This document shows, in pieces, positions 9,198-17,302 of a stretch of DNA of 64,000 nucleotides. Location of the stretch: positions 1-64,000 of IMG/VR virus record IMGVR_UViG_3300045988_170760; one strand, 5' to 3'. Every line of letters begins with the position of its first letter. Position 1 is the stretch's first letter. The translations under genes were made by a program, and so were the position numbers. The stretch is from a virus. The notes beneath the pieces were generated by a model. It did not search any database, was not told the origin of the DNA, and saw only the letters and a list, made by a program, of their open reading frames with translations.

Positions 9198-10241
9198 TTA
9201 ATTAAATGGATTTTTTTCTGCATCATATTTAGCTATTTTATCTATACTTTCATAATTATCTTCTATAAATTGCCTATTAATTTGACTTTTAAATTCATTG
9301 TCTGTACAACTTATAGAAATATAAGCCTTACCATCTTTATTTAAAGTATTATCTGGTCTAGTTAAACATATAAATTCTTCTGCTTTTCCTATAACATTAT
9401 GCATATATTCCTTAATATCTCTACCAGCATTTATAATTTCAAATTGTATATCTTTTGGTAATGTTTCTAAAGGAGGCAATATTAATTGAGCTCCTCTTAC
9501 ATATTGAGCTTCCCACGTAGCTTTTACATATCCCTCTGATTTATCAGGAAGAAGATTTGCTTTTCTATGCTTTATTAAATCTATATGAGTTGCATTTTTA
9601 AAATCAAATCTATTAGTTACAAATTGTACCTGTATTGGAAAATATTCCATTCTTTTATTTGCATAAACATATTGTTGAATGTACGCATTTAATATAAATT
9701 TATTCCTTTTATCTCTTTCATCTAAAGACTGATAATTATAAAATAAATCAAGCTTTAATGTCAATTCAGGTCTTAATGAATTATCTACTGTTACACTTTT
9801 TATATTAAAATTATTATAAAGTTTTCCATTATTATAACTTATACTATAATCTCCTGATACTTTATATATAGTATTTTCTGATAAAGAATTAATCAATTCA
9901 TATAGATAATCCATAAAATCATCTTTCCAAATAAATTGTATCTTCTTATGATTATATTCTATATAATATTTAGATACATAAGAAACTGAATTTAATATGT
10001 CTTTATCAAATCTCTTTTCAAATGGCACTAAAAATTTTCTTTTAGTTCTATTAGATACTACAACAATTGCACCACTAGATAATGTATCTCCATACATATA
10101 TGCATAACCTGAATTATTTTCATTTTGTTTGACTAATAACTTAATAAATTTTTTATTATTGTTAGTTCTTTTTATAAAATTTTGTCTATCTGAAGGGATA
10201 GAAATTCTCCCTATAAAATCAAAAGTATTCAATAATATCAC
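9198..10241 (-). CDS. hypothetical protein (347 aa)
   Basis: ORF track. The start may be a TTG about 9 nt downstream, behind AAAGGTG. No motif recognised. Confidence 0.45.
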   Translation of the reverse strand: MILLNTFDFIGRISIPSDRQNFIKRTNNNKKFIKLLVKQNENNSGYAYMYGDTLSSGAIVVVSNRTKRKFLVPFEKRFDKDILNSVSYVSKYYIEYNHKKIQFIWKDDFMDYLYELINSLSENTIYKVSGDYSISYNNGKLYNNFNIKSVTVDNSLRPELTLKLDLFYNYQSLDERDKRNKFILNAYIQQYVYANKRMEYFPIQVQFVTNRFDFKNATHIDLIKHRKANLLPDKSEGYVKATWEAQYVRGAQLILPPLETLPKDIQFEIINAGRDIKEYMHNVIGKAEEFICLTRPDNTLNKDGKAYISISCTDNEFKSQINRQFIEDNYESIDKIAKYDAEKNPFN

Positions 10242-10244
10242 CTT

Positions 10245-10493
10245 TTATTTACTTTTTTCTTGTGCCTTAGCCTCTAAATTAGCTTCTTTTAATATTTTTT
10301 GTTCCTCTTGTTTTCTTTTCTCTTCTTCTATAGCTTGTTTTTGTAATGCCTCAGTTTGATTTACTGCATTTACAAGTCCTACATATGTTTGATATAATGT
10401 TGCATATCTTTTATAATCCATTGCTTTAGTATTCCCTAAACTTTTTTGTACTTTTGTTAACTCTCCTCTTAAAAATTCTAAATTACTTACCAT
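10245..10493 (-). CDS. hypothetical coiled-coil protein
   Basis: ORF track; E/K/Q-rich C-terminus. Confidence 0.4.
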   Translation of the reverse strand: MVSNLEFLRGELTKVQKSLGNTKAMDYKRYATLYQTYVGLVNAVNQTEALQKQAIEEEKRKQEEQKILKEANLEAKAQEKSK

Positions 10494-10557
10494 TTTTATC
10501 TTCCTTTCTATAAATTATAAATTTATTTATAAAGTATATGCTAATTAAAATAAAAAT

Positions 10558-10938
10558 CTAATCTACTTTAATAGTTTGAATATCCCCTTTTACTTCTGGT
10601 TTTTCATACTCAATAGTGATATATAATAAACCATTCTCTGTTTTTGAAGAAATATCCTTTATCTTTTTATTTTTATCTAATACAAATTCAGAATGAATAG
10701 AATAATCACTTTCTGTTTCTTTATTTTTAGTTTCTCCAGAAATAACTAATTTACTTATATTGTTATCATTAATAATCTTTACTTTTAAATCTTCTTTATT
10801 AATGCCAACTATATTATGCACTAATATTACTTTATTACCTTTCTCATGAACTGAGAATGGGTTCATATCTTTCTCAAATCTATTAAATTTATAAACATCT
10901 TTATTCCATAAAAATGGATTAAATAAAAAACTTAACAT
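10558..10938 (-). CDS. Small heat-shock protein, Hsp20/alpha-crystallin family
   Basis: ORF track 10558-10974; start taken at the ATG at 10938 after an AGGAGAG SD. Alpha-crystallin-like core: VGINKEDLKVKI...LVISGE...ENGLLYITIEYEKPE. Confidence 0.7.
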   Translation of the reverse strand: MLSFLFNPFLWNKDVYKFNRFEKDMNPFSVHEKGNKVILVHNIVGINKEDLKVKIINDNNISKLVISGETKNKETESDYSIHSEFVLDKNKKIKDISSKTENGLLYITIEYEKPEVKGDIQTIKVD

Positions 10939-10990
10939 TAAAATCACTCTCCTAAAAAATAAAAATATTAGCATATACTTTATCTACTTT

Positions 10991-11019
10991 ATTATAGCAT
11001 ATTTTAATTCAAAAGTCAA
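10991..11019 (-). promoter_or_regulatory. sigma-A type promoter (TTGACT-N17-TGcTATAAT), leftward, drives hsp20
   Basis: Reverse complement: TTGACT (11019-11014), 17-nt spacer ending in TGC, then TATAAT (10996-10991). Confidence 0.7.
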
Positions 11020-11026
11020 TAGTATT

Positions 11027-11374
11027 TTATTTTTTTTCTTTATTTTCTTTTTTTGTTGGTTTATAAAAATCCACATAATCTTTACAACATATATTAATTG
11101 TATGCCCACAATTTGGACAATAATTTATCAATGCTCTTTTTATAACTCTTTCATTACCATATTTTTCTTTACTTTCTTTTATATATTCTTTACATTCTTT
11201 CATTAAATCTCTCTTATTAGGTACTTCTACATATCTAAATGGTAATTCAAATTCTACTCCTTTTTCTGTTGTCATTTTTTCCTTTTCTTTACAATGAAAA
11301 CATTTTGCCTTAAATTTCCCTTTTACTTTTTTTTCTGGTACAAAGTCTATACTTTCAATTTTATTTGTTTCCAT
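11027..11374 (-). CDS. Zinc-ribbon protein (CxxC...CxxC)
   Basis: Motifs CFHCKE and CPNCGH. Immediately downstream of the cysteine desulfurase. Confidence 0.5.
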   Translation of the reverse strand: METNKIESIDFVPEKKVKGKFKAKCFHCKEKEKMTTEKGVEFELPFRYVEVPNKRDLMKECKEYIKESKEKYGNERVIKRALINYCPNCGHTINICCKDYVDFYKPTKKENKEKK

Positions 11375-11378
11375 ATTT

Positions 11379-12515
11379 TTACTCCTTTCCTATTTTTATT
11401 AAATGATTTGCATACAATATAATATTTTTGATTAAATTATCCACTTCAAATTCTTTTGTATCAGGCGAAATACTAATCCTTAAAGAACCGTTTAAAAATT
11501 CATTAGGAACTCCTATTTCTTTTAATACATATGATGGTTCAGAAAAATTAGAATGACATGCAGATGCAACAGAAACCATATCACCTTTACAAGAAAGCAT
11601 TAACTGTAGTGTTTCACTATTTATATTCTTAAAAGCAATATTAACAATACCTAGAGCATTAGAATTAATAATAATATTATCTCCGAAAGCAGTTTTTAAT
11701 TTCTGAACTATTTTATCTTGTAAGCTATTCATATATGTGATATTAAAATTTGTCCAATTATTATAATATTTTTCTAAACACAACGCTAACATATAGTTTC
11801 CAAATATATTTTCTGTTCCTGCTCGCAGATTACTTTCTTGCCCACCTCCACAAATTAATGGTTCCAATTCTACATAAGTTTTAACATACAAAAATCCAGT
11901 ACCTTTTAATGCCCCTACCTTATGCCCAGAAAAAGATGCCATGTCAATTGTATCTAAATTTAAATCTATTTTACCTAATGCCTGAACTGCATCTGTATGA
12001 AATAGTATCCCTTTTGTATGAGCTAAATGAGCTATTTCATATATATCTTGCATAGTTCCTAATTCGTTATTAATTGCCATTATACTTATAAGTTTTGTTT
12101 TATCATTAATTTGTTTTTTTATATTTTCTATGCCAATATAACCCTTATTATTAGGTTTTACATAGCGAATAGTATATCCAAATCTTTCTAATTGCTTACA
12201 AGTTTCTAAGATAGCAGGGTGTTCTATAGTAGAGGTAATTAATTCAGCTTCTTCTGGCTTATATTTTAACATAACACCTTTAAGTGCTGTATTATCACTT
12301 TCTGAGCCTCCACTCGTAAATATTATTTCATCCGTAGAACACTGCAAAATATTAGCAATTTTTTGTCTTGCTTTTGATAATAAATCTGCTGCCTTTATTC
12401 CTTCTTCATGAGTAGAAGATGGATTATTAAATATACCATCATCTCTTTTTAAAATACATTGTTCAAGTATTTCTATGTCTGTAGGATAAGTAGAAGCATA
12501 ATCAAAATAATACAT
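11379..12515 (-). CDS. Cysteine desulfurase, NifS/IscS-like class V aminotransferase
   Basis: FDYAST N-terminus, HTDAVQALGK, PLP-lysine motif SFSGHKVG, and catalytic loop SVASACHS. Confidence 0.85.
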   Translation of the reverse strand: MYYFDYASTYPTDIEILEQCILKRDDGIFNNPSSTHEEGIKAADLLSKARQKIANILQCSTDEIIFTSGGSESDNTALKGVMLKYKPEEAELITSTIEHPAILETCKQLERFGYTIRYVKPNNKGYIGIENIKKQINDKTKLISIMAINNELGTMQDIYEIAHLAHTKGILFHTDAVQALGKIDLNLDTIDMASFSGHKVGALKGTGFLYVKTYVELEPLICGGGQESNLRAGTENIFGNYMLALCLEKYYNNWTNFNITYMNSLQDKIVQKLKTAFGDNIIINSNALGIVNIAFKNINSETLQLMLSCKGDMVSVASACHSNFSEPSYVLKEIGVPNEFLNGSLRISISPDTKEFEVDNLIKNIILYANHLIKIGKE

Positions 12516-12516
12516 T

Positions 12517-12675
12517 TTATTTCCCCTTTCTGCTTTTTCTTTGCTCTTTAGTAAGCTTACAAGTTATAATCATACTCCTAAAACTTTGCTTGCAAGAATA
12601 AGGGCAATCTACACATAATTTATTATAAATGATTTTTCCTTTTTTATCTTTAAAGTACAAATTTTTATCATTCAT
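12517..12675 (-). CDS. Small Cys-rich protein (52 aa)
   Basis: My translation is MNDKNLYFKDKKGKIIYNKLCVDCPYSCKQSFRSMIITCKLTKEQRKSRKGK. AAGGAG SD upstream; the stop sits 1 nt before the nifS-like ATG. Below the ORF-track size cutoff. Confidence 0.45.
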   Translation of the reverse strand: MNDKNLYFKDKKGKIIYNKLCVDCPYSCKQSFRSMIITCKLTKEQRKSRKGK

Positions 12676-12686
12676 TTCTTTTCTCC

Positions 12687-13373
12687 TTATAATATTTTAA
12701 TATATACTGTTCTCCTCCCAAAGTTTAGAGCTTCTTGATGAGTATTAAAAAATATATCTATTTTATTTCCTTTTATTGCCCCACCTCTATCCTGAACAAT
12801 ATAGGTACCCATTCCTTTTATTTTTATTTTAGTTCCAAATTTGTATTTGTTTGGCATTGCAACAGTTACTCCAGCTTTTGCCTTCACACCACTAGCTGTT
12901 ATACCATTAGTTTTACCACAACATTTAGCACAAGGACAATATCCTGTCGCCACAAATGCTACATATCCTATATCATTTGTTCGTGATGATGAAGAACGAG
13001 ATGTAACTTCAACTGTATTATTTTGCTGTGATTTTCTTGCTACTTCTTGCTTTTGTATTTGCTTTTGTTTTATTTGTTCTTGTCTTATTCTTTCTTTTTC
13101 TGCGATTTCTGCCTCTTTTCTTAATTTATATTCGTGTTCTTCTTGCATTTTTTTAGCTATATCAGATGGCAAAGGTATATTTTGACTTGTATTAATTTCT
13201 TTGTTTGGATTTATGTTATTTTCTTTAATTATAAATACCTGACCTTCTGGTAATATATGGAAAATATCTTTTTGTGTTTCCATGAAATTAAGGAATTTTG
13301 GTACAATAGAAATTAATATATATATTATACCTATTATTAAGCATCCTATTAATCCATTTTTTATTTTATTCAT
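12687..13373 (-). CDS. Membrane-anchored 3D-domain protein (MltA/YuiC-like cell-wall hydrolase fold)
   Basis: N-terminal TM helix. C-terminal segment GYCPCAKCCGKTNGITASG...IVQDRGGAIKGNKIDIFF is typical of the 3D domain. Confidence 0.7.
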   Translation of the reverse strand: MNKIKNGLIGCLIIGIIYILISIVPKFLNFMETQKDIFHILPEGQVFIIKENNINPNKEINTSQNIPLPSDIAKKMQEEHEYKLRKEAEIAEKERIRQEQIKQKQIQKQEVARKSQQNNTVEVTSRSSSSRTNDIGYVAFVATGYCPCAKCCGKTNGITASGVKAKAGVTVAMPNKYKFGTKIKIKGMGTYIVQDRGGAIKGNKIDIFFNTHQEALNFGRRTVYIKIL

Positions 13374-13384
13374 AACTTTTCTCC

Positions 13385-14278
13385 TTATAAACCAACTTTA
13401 TAATTTCTAAATACATTGCGAGATTTATTTTGTAGTTCTTTTAAATATATTTGTGTTGTAGCAGGATTACTATGACCTAATACATCTTGAATTTCTTCTA
13501 TTTGAAATCCATGTTTATACATATCTGTAGCTGCTGTCCTTCTTAGACTATGTGCAGAAATTGGTTTTGTTATGCCTGCTTTATTCTTTATTTTTTTTAT
13601 AGTAGTATCAATACTTTGAGCAGACATCTTTTTACCTGTATTAGATACAAACAAATAATTTAATTTAGTAGAAGTCCTAGTTTTTAAATACTGTTTTATA
13701 CATTTTGTCACAAAAGAATTAAAATATATTTCTTGCATTTTTCCACCTTTTCTAGTAACAATAATAGTAGAAACTTCTTCATTATTTTCATCTTTAAATA
13801 CAGTAAAAGTATCTAAAGTTAAATTTATTAATTCAGAAATTCTTATACCTGTATTTAAAAATATTGAACAAAAGGCTTTTTCTCTAGGTGTTTTGCATTC
13901 CCTTAAAAAATCTATAATTTCATCTTCTGTTAAATATGTTGTGTGTTGTGGATTTACTATTTTTTTTGTTGTTTTAAATAAATCACTACTAGCAATAATA
14001 TTTTTGTTAAAATCTAATTCAGATTTTGATAACAAAAATGTATAAAAACTACTAACAGCACTAAGTTTTGGTCTTATTGAATTTTCAGATATTCCAGTGT
14101 CTAATAGATAATTCTTCCATTCATAATAGTCATCAATATTTAATTCTTTGAAATCATCTAGTGTTGTAATTGATTTAAATTCAAATAATTCTTTAAGATT
14201 ATCTTTATATCTTTTTCTTGTACCATCACTTCTTTTTGTATTAATAAAGTTGTTTAAAATTTCATCTATATTACTCAT
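13385..14278 (-). CDS. Tyrosine recombinase/integrase (XerC/D-like)
   Basis: ORF track 13385-14311; start taken at MSNIDEI. Catalytic motifs AHSLRRTAAT and LGHSNPATTQIYL (R..HxxR..Y). Confidence 0.85.
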   Translation of the reverse strand: MSNIDEILNNFINTKRSDGTRKRYKDNLKELFEFKSITTLDDFKELNIDDYYEWKNYLLDTGISENSIRPKLSAVSSFYTFLLSKSELDFNKNIIASSDLFKTTKKIVNPQHTTYLTEDEIIDFLRECKTPREKAFCSIFLNTGIRISELINLTLDTFTVFKDENNEEVSTIIVTRKGGKMQEIYFNSFVTKCIKQYLKTRTSTKLNYLFVSNTGKKMSAQSIDTTIKKIKNKAGITKPISAHSLRRTAATDMYKHGFQIEEIQDVLGHSNPATTQIYLKELQNKSRNVFRNYKVGL

Positions 14279-14301
14279 ATCTCTTCCCTCTTTCTGTATA
14301 T

Positions 14302-14330
14302 AGTATAGCATAGATGGAGATAAAAGTCAA
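14302..14330 (-). promoter_or_regulatory. sigma-A type promoter (TTGACT-N17-TGcTATACT), leftward, drives recombinase
   Basis: Reverse complement: TTGACT (14330-14325), 17-nt spacer, TATACT (14307-14302). Confidence 0.55.
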
Positions 14331-14349
14331 GCTTTTATTAAAAAAAATA

Positions 14350-14724
14350 TTAAATTTCATCTTCAATTGTAATATATAATCTATTTCCTTCAATATAATT
14401 AGTTTGGTGCATATTATAGTTTTCTGTAGTTAAATCTACATATCCTAATACTACAGTATCATCTTCTTTACAGATAAGAATTTGAGAGATATCTTGTTTA
14501 TTAACATCTAATGTTATATCATTTTCATCTTTTATTTCTGTATAATTATCTATAATCAGTAATAGACTTTCAACTAATGGCAAGTCTACTGATTTTTTAT
14601 CTTCTAAACTACTACAATCAACAGGTGCATTTTTTATTATACAATTACATTCACATATATTATTTTTATCTATTCTATATACATCATAGCTAGAAGACAT
14701 TATCTCTATAAATTTAATATCCAT
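14350..14724 (-). CDS. hypothetical protein (acidic)
   Basis: ORF track. Confidence 0.45.
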   Translation of the reverse strand: MDIKFIEIMSSSYDVYRIDKNNICECNCIIKNAPVDCSSLEDKKSVDLPLVESLLLIIDNYTEIKDENDITLDVNKQDISQILICKEDDTVVLGYVDLTTENYNMHQTNYIEGNRLYITIEDEI

Positions 14725-14733
14725 AACATCCTC

Positions 14734-14910
14734 CTATTTTTTATTTTTATATTTATTTATGTCAAATGTATATATAGCATTTACAATAATAGGAGTTGTA
14801 AATCCAATAATATATGGAGCTACAAATCCAGCATATAAAGTGCTTACATATATAGATAGAAATACACTTGCAAGAGTAATAATCATTAATAAAATTGTTT
14901 TTATTTTCAT
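14734..14910 (-). CDS. Small membrane protein (58 aa, two predicted TM helices)
   Basis: My translation is MKIKTILLMIITLASVFLSIYVSTLYAGFVAPYIIGFTTPIIVNAIYTFDINKYKNKK. AAGGAGGG SD upstream. Below the ORF-track cutoff. Confidence 0.55.
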   Translation of the reverse strand: MKIKTILLMIITLASVFLSIYVSTLYAGFVAPYIIGFTTPIIVNAIYTFDINKYKNKK

Positions 14911-14969
14911 TCTATAACCCTCCTTTTATATTTATTAGGCAAATGCCCAGCCATTTGCCTTTAATTTAA

Positions 14970-15302
14970 TTAAAATGGTAAATCATCTGTACTTGCAAAT
15001 CCAGATGCATCTTTTTCAGCTGAATTAGCTGGAGAAGAATTAGATACGATATCAAAGTCATTAACAAATATTTTTAAATATGTGTTAGTCTTCCCTTCCT
15101 TTTCATATTTATCAAAACTTAACCATCCACTTTTAATATTAATTAAAGTTTTATTGTCTAATGTTACACCACTTCTAAATGACACATTAATATAAGCATT
15201 ATCATAGCTTCCATCTTGTTTCTTTTTTGAAATAGATGTTGAATAAAATCCATTATCATTTTTAAAAATCATTGTTTCTCCAGTTATATCTGTTTTAATC
15301 AT
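14970..15302 (-). CDS. ssb: Single-stranded DNA-binding protein
   Basis: OB-fold-sized protein (110 aa) ending in the canonical acidic SSB tail ...STDDLPF. Confidence 0.7.
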   Translation of the reverse strand: MIKTDITGETMIFKNDNGFYSTSISKKKQDGSYDNAYINVSFRSGVTLDNKTLINIKSGWLSFDKYEKEGKTNTYLKIFVNDFDIVSNSSPANSAEKDASGFASTDDLPF

Positions 15303-15303
15303 A

Positions 15304-15861
15304 TTATCTTCCTTCCTTTTCTTTAAAAAATTTTTCTAAATAATCTTTTTGTATATCTTCAAAAGAAATTGGTTTATAATTAATTCTTTCCACACATACA
15401 CAAAGATGATTATTAGATTTCATATCTGGGTATTCACTTTCTAATAATGCATCATGAATATGACCATGGATATTGAATTCATTATCTTTAATATATTGAG
15501 GCTCATGAGAAAGTATTACATATTTAAAGTTGTGGTTTCTGTCTACATAATAAAGCTTTTGGGGGCTATCTAACACTAAATCAAATCCTATATTTTCCCA
15601 AGATTGTTTCCCTCTATCTCTGTCATGATTACCTCTAATAATAACTTTTATACCTTTTAATTGATTGCATATTGCATGACTTTGCTCAGCATTGCCAAAA
15701 GAAAAATCTCCTAAAAAATATATAGTATCATCATCATTGACTGTATAATTCCAGTTTTCTATGAGTTTCTTATTCATCTCTTCTATAGATGAGTAAGGTC
15801 TTTTACAATAAGGAATAATACTTTTATGATAAAAATGAGTATCACTAATGAAATATATCAT
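15304..15861 (-). CDS. Metallophosphoesterase (calcineurin-like)
   Basis: ORF track 15304-15900; start taken at MIYFISDTHF after an AGGAGA SD. Motifs DTH, LGDF, RGNHD, SHEP and GHIHD. Confidence 0.75.
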   Translation of the reverse strand: MIYFISDTHFYHKSIIPYCKRPYSSIEEMNKKLIENWNYTVNDDDTIYFLGDFSFGNAEQSHAICNQLKGIKVIIRGNHDRDRGKQSWENIGFDLVLDSPQKLYYVDRNHNFKYVILSHEPQYIKDNEFNIHGHIHDALLESEYPDMKSNNHLCVCVERINYKPISFEDIQKDYLEKFFKEKEGR

Positions 15862-16028
15862 TCTTATTCTCCTTTCTAATAAATAAATTTTTATTTGCAT
15901 AAGAGTTTCTACTAAATATAGGTTATTGGCAGGTGTGCCCTTTCCTGCATTTCTTTTGACCTATAAGGTGCGTGGCAGCACTTATCTCCACTTCAATCCC
16001 TATATTAATATAAAATTTAAGACAATTT
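15862..16028 (-). promoter_or_regulatory. Structured, locally GC-rich 5' leader of the metallophosphoesterase mRNA (candidate cis-regulatory RNA, class unknown)
   Basis: About 165 nt lie between the predicted TSS and the ATG. Minus-strand RNA can form UAUAGGU/ACCUAUA (7 bp) enclosing GCAGG-AAAGGGCACA-CCUGC. A competing hairpin AUAAGUGC-UGCCAC-GCAC(C)UUAU is also possible. Confidence 0.35.
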
Positions 16029-16034
16029 TACTTT

Positions 16035-16063
16035 ATTATATCAAATTTTATGATGAAAGTCAA
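16035..16063 (-). promoter_or_regulatory. sigma-A type promoter (TTGACT-N17-TGaTATAAT), leftward
   Basis: Reverse complement: TTGACT (16063-16058), 17-nt spacer, TATAAT (16040-16035). Confidence 0.7.
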
Positions 16064-16072
16064 TATATTTTA

Positions 16073-16468
16073 TTATTTTTTTCTTATATAAAAAATATTA
16101 TTATCTTCTTCTACAATGTAATCTTTATCTTCAAAATATAAATTTATTACTTGATTTAATTGATTTAAATTAAAAACAGTTCCTTTTTGATTTTTGTTTA
16201 ATTTTTCTATACATTCTTTTATAATGTCTTGAGAATAACTTTCTAATGATAAGTCATATGGTGCTTCATTTGTTTCAAATGGAGTGTCAGGCTGAAATTC
16301 TGAATATTTAAAAGCTTCTTTATAAAATCCATTATCAATTACAACAAAATGATTTGTTATTTGAAATACTTTACCTTTAATAGTTTTGCAATATTCATTT
16401 CCTTGGTCATCATAATTATATATTTTCTTTTCGATTTCTTCTCCTAATTTAAAATAGTCTTTATTCAT
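16073..16468 (-). CDS. hypothetical protein
   Basis: ORF track 16073-16492. The probable start, ATG at 16468 (MNKDYF), follows AAGGAGG and overlaps the upstream stop. Confidence 0.45.
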   Translation of the reverse strand: MNKDYFKLGEEIEKKIYNYDDQGNEYCKTIKGKVFQITNHFVVIDNGFYKEAFKYSEFQPDTPFETNEAPYDLSLESYSQDIIKECIEKLNKNQKGTVFNLNQLNQVINLYFEDKDYIVEEDNNIFYIRKK

Positions 16469-16973
16469 AATATACCTCCTTATATTTATCAACTAATAAT
16501 TTCTTAAAGTAGTTATAATCTCCATCATGGGTTGTAGTAGTACTAATACATATAATATCTATCTTGTCAGTATTTAAAAATTTTCTTAAATATTTTATTT
16601 TTTTTAGTGTAGATTTATCTAATTTATTAAATTCTTCGTTAAAATATTTATCACATCTTATTCCTTTTACATAAGGAATAGTCATTTTATTTAACCATAT
16701 CCTATTTAAAGCATATTTAATAAATTCTACTCCTTGATATAAAGCTCTACTGAACATTTTATGAGGGCTTGCATCACATACTATTACCGTATATCCTAAT
16801 GCAACATCCATTAAAAAATTATAGTCTAAATCAGATAAAATTTTATTCCATAAATGTCTTTCACAAGCACAACTTTGTATTCTTACAAAATTATAATTTT
16901 CTTTAAAATCAGTATCAGATAAAAACTCAATGCCATTAGTCAGATTAAGATAAATTTTGATTTTATTGTTCAT
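16461..16973 (-). CDS. hypothetical protein
   Basis: ORF track; AGGAGGA SD upstream. Confidence 0.45.
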   Translation of the reverse strand: MNNKIKIYLNLTNGIEFLSDTDFKENYNFVRIQSCACERHLWNKILSDLDYNFLMDVALGYTVIVCDASPHKMFSRALYQGVEFIKYALNRIWLNKMTIPYVKGIRCDKYFNEEFNKLDKSTLKKIKYLRKFLNTDKIDIICISTTTTHDGDYNYFKKLLVDKYKEVYYE

Positions 16974-16974
16974 A

Positions 16975-17133
16975 TTAATCCTCCTTTATTTCATTTAATA
17001 TAATATCAATAGCTTGGCTTAGCTTTACACTATTCAAAATACCAATTTTAAAGTGCAGCTCTCCTTTTTTTATGCTTTCTTTTATTTTTATATTAAAGAC
17101 TTCTAACCAAATTTTAGCATCATTAAATGTCAT
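16975..17133 (-). CDS. small hypothetical protein (52 aa)
   Basis: My translation starts MTFNDAKIWLEVFNIKIKES and ends NEIKED. AGGTGG SD upstream; TAATG coupling at both ends. Confidence 0.4.
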   Translation of the reverse strand: MTFNDAKIWLEVFNIKIKESIKKGELHFKIGILNSVKLSQAIDIILNEIKED

Positions 17134-17300
17134 TATTTCCACCTACTTTCAATTTCTTTCAATGATAAATCAATTAAATCTAGTTCTACTTTAACATCTT
17201 TACTCGGATTAAATCCTAGATTAATACATTTTAATCTTGTTTGTTGTAATTCTAATGTCTTAATAATATATTGTTTTATTATATCGTTCATATTATCCAT
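17133..17300 (-). CDS. small hypothetical protein (55 aa)
   Basis: My translation starts MDNMNDIIKQYIIKTLELQQ and ends IESRWK. The stop overlaps the next ATG. Confidence 0.4.
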   Translation of the reverse strand: MDNMNDIIKQYIIKTLELQQTRLKCINLGFNPSKDVKVELDLIDLSLKEIESRWK

Positions 17301-17302
17301 AT

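Noticed and set aside
10960-10990. TTAGCA-containing repeat upstream of hsp20 considered as a CIRCE (HrcA) operator
   Set aside because: CIRCE is TTAGCACTC-N9-GAGTGCTAA as a local inverted repeat. Here the partner arm lies ~420 bp away, beyond the gene, and the sequence differs (TTAGCATATAC).
15926-16141. Plus-strand ORF of 71 aa in the gap upstream of the metallophosphoesterase gene
   Set aside because: It opposes the operon and has no SD. It spans a consensus leftward promoter and the GC-rich leader, so it is better explained as regulatory RNA or DNA.
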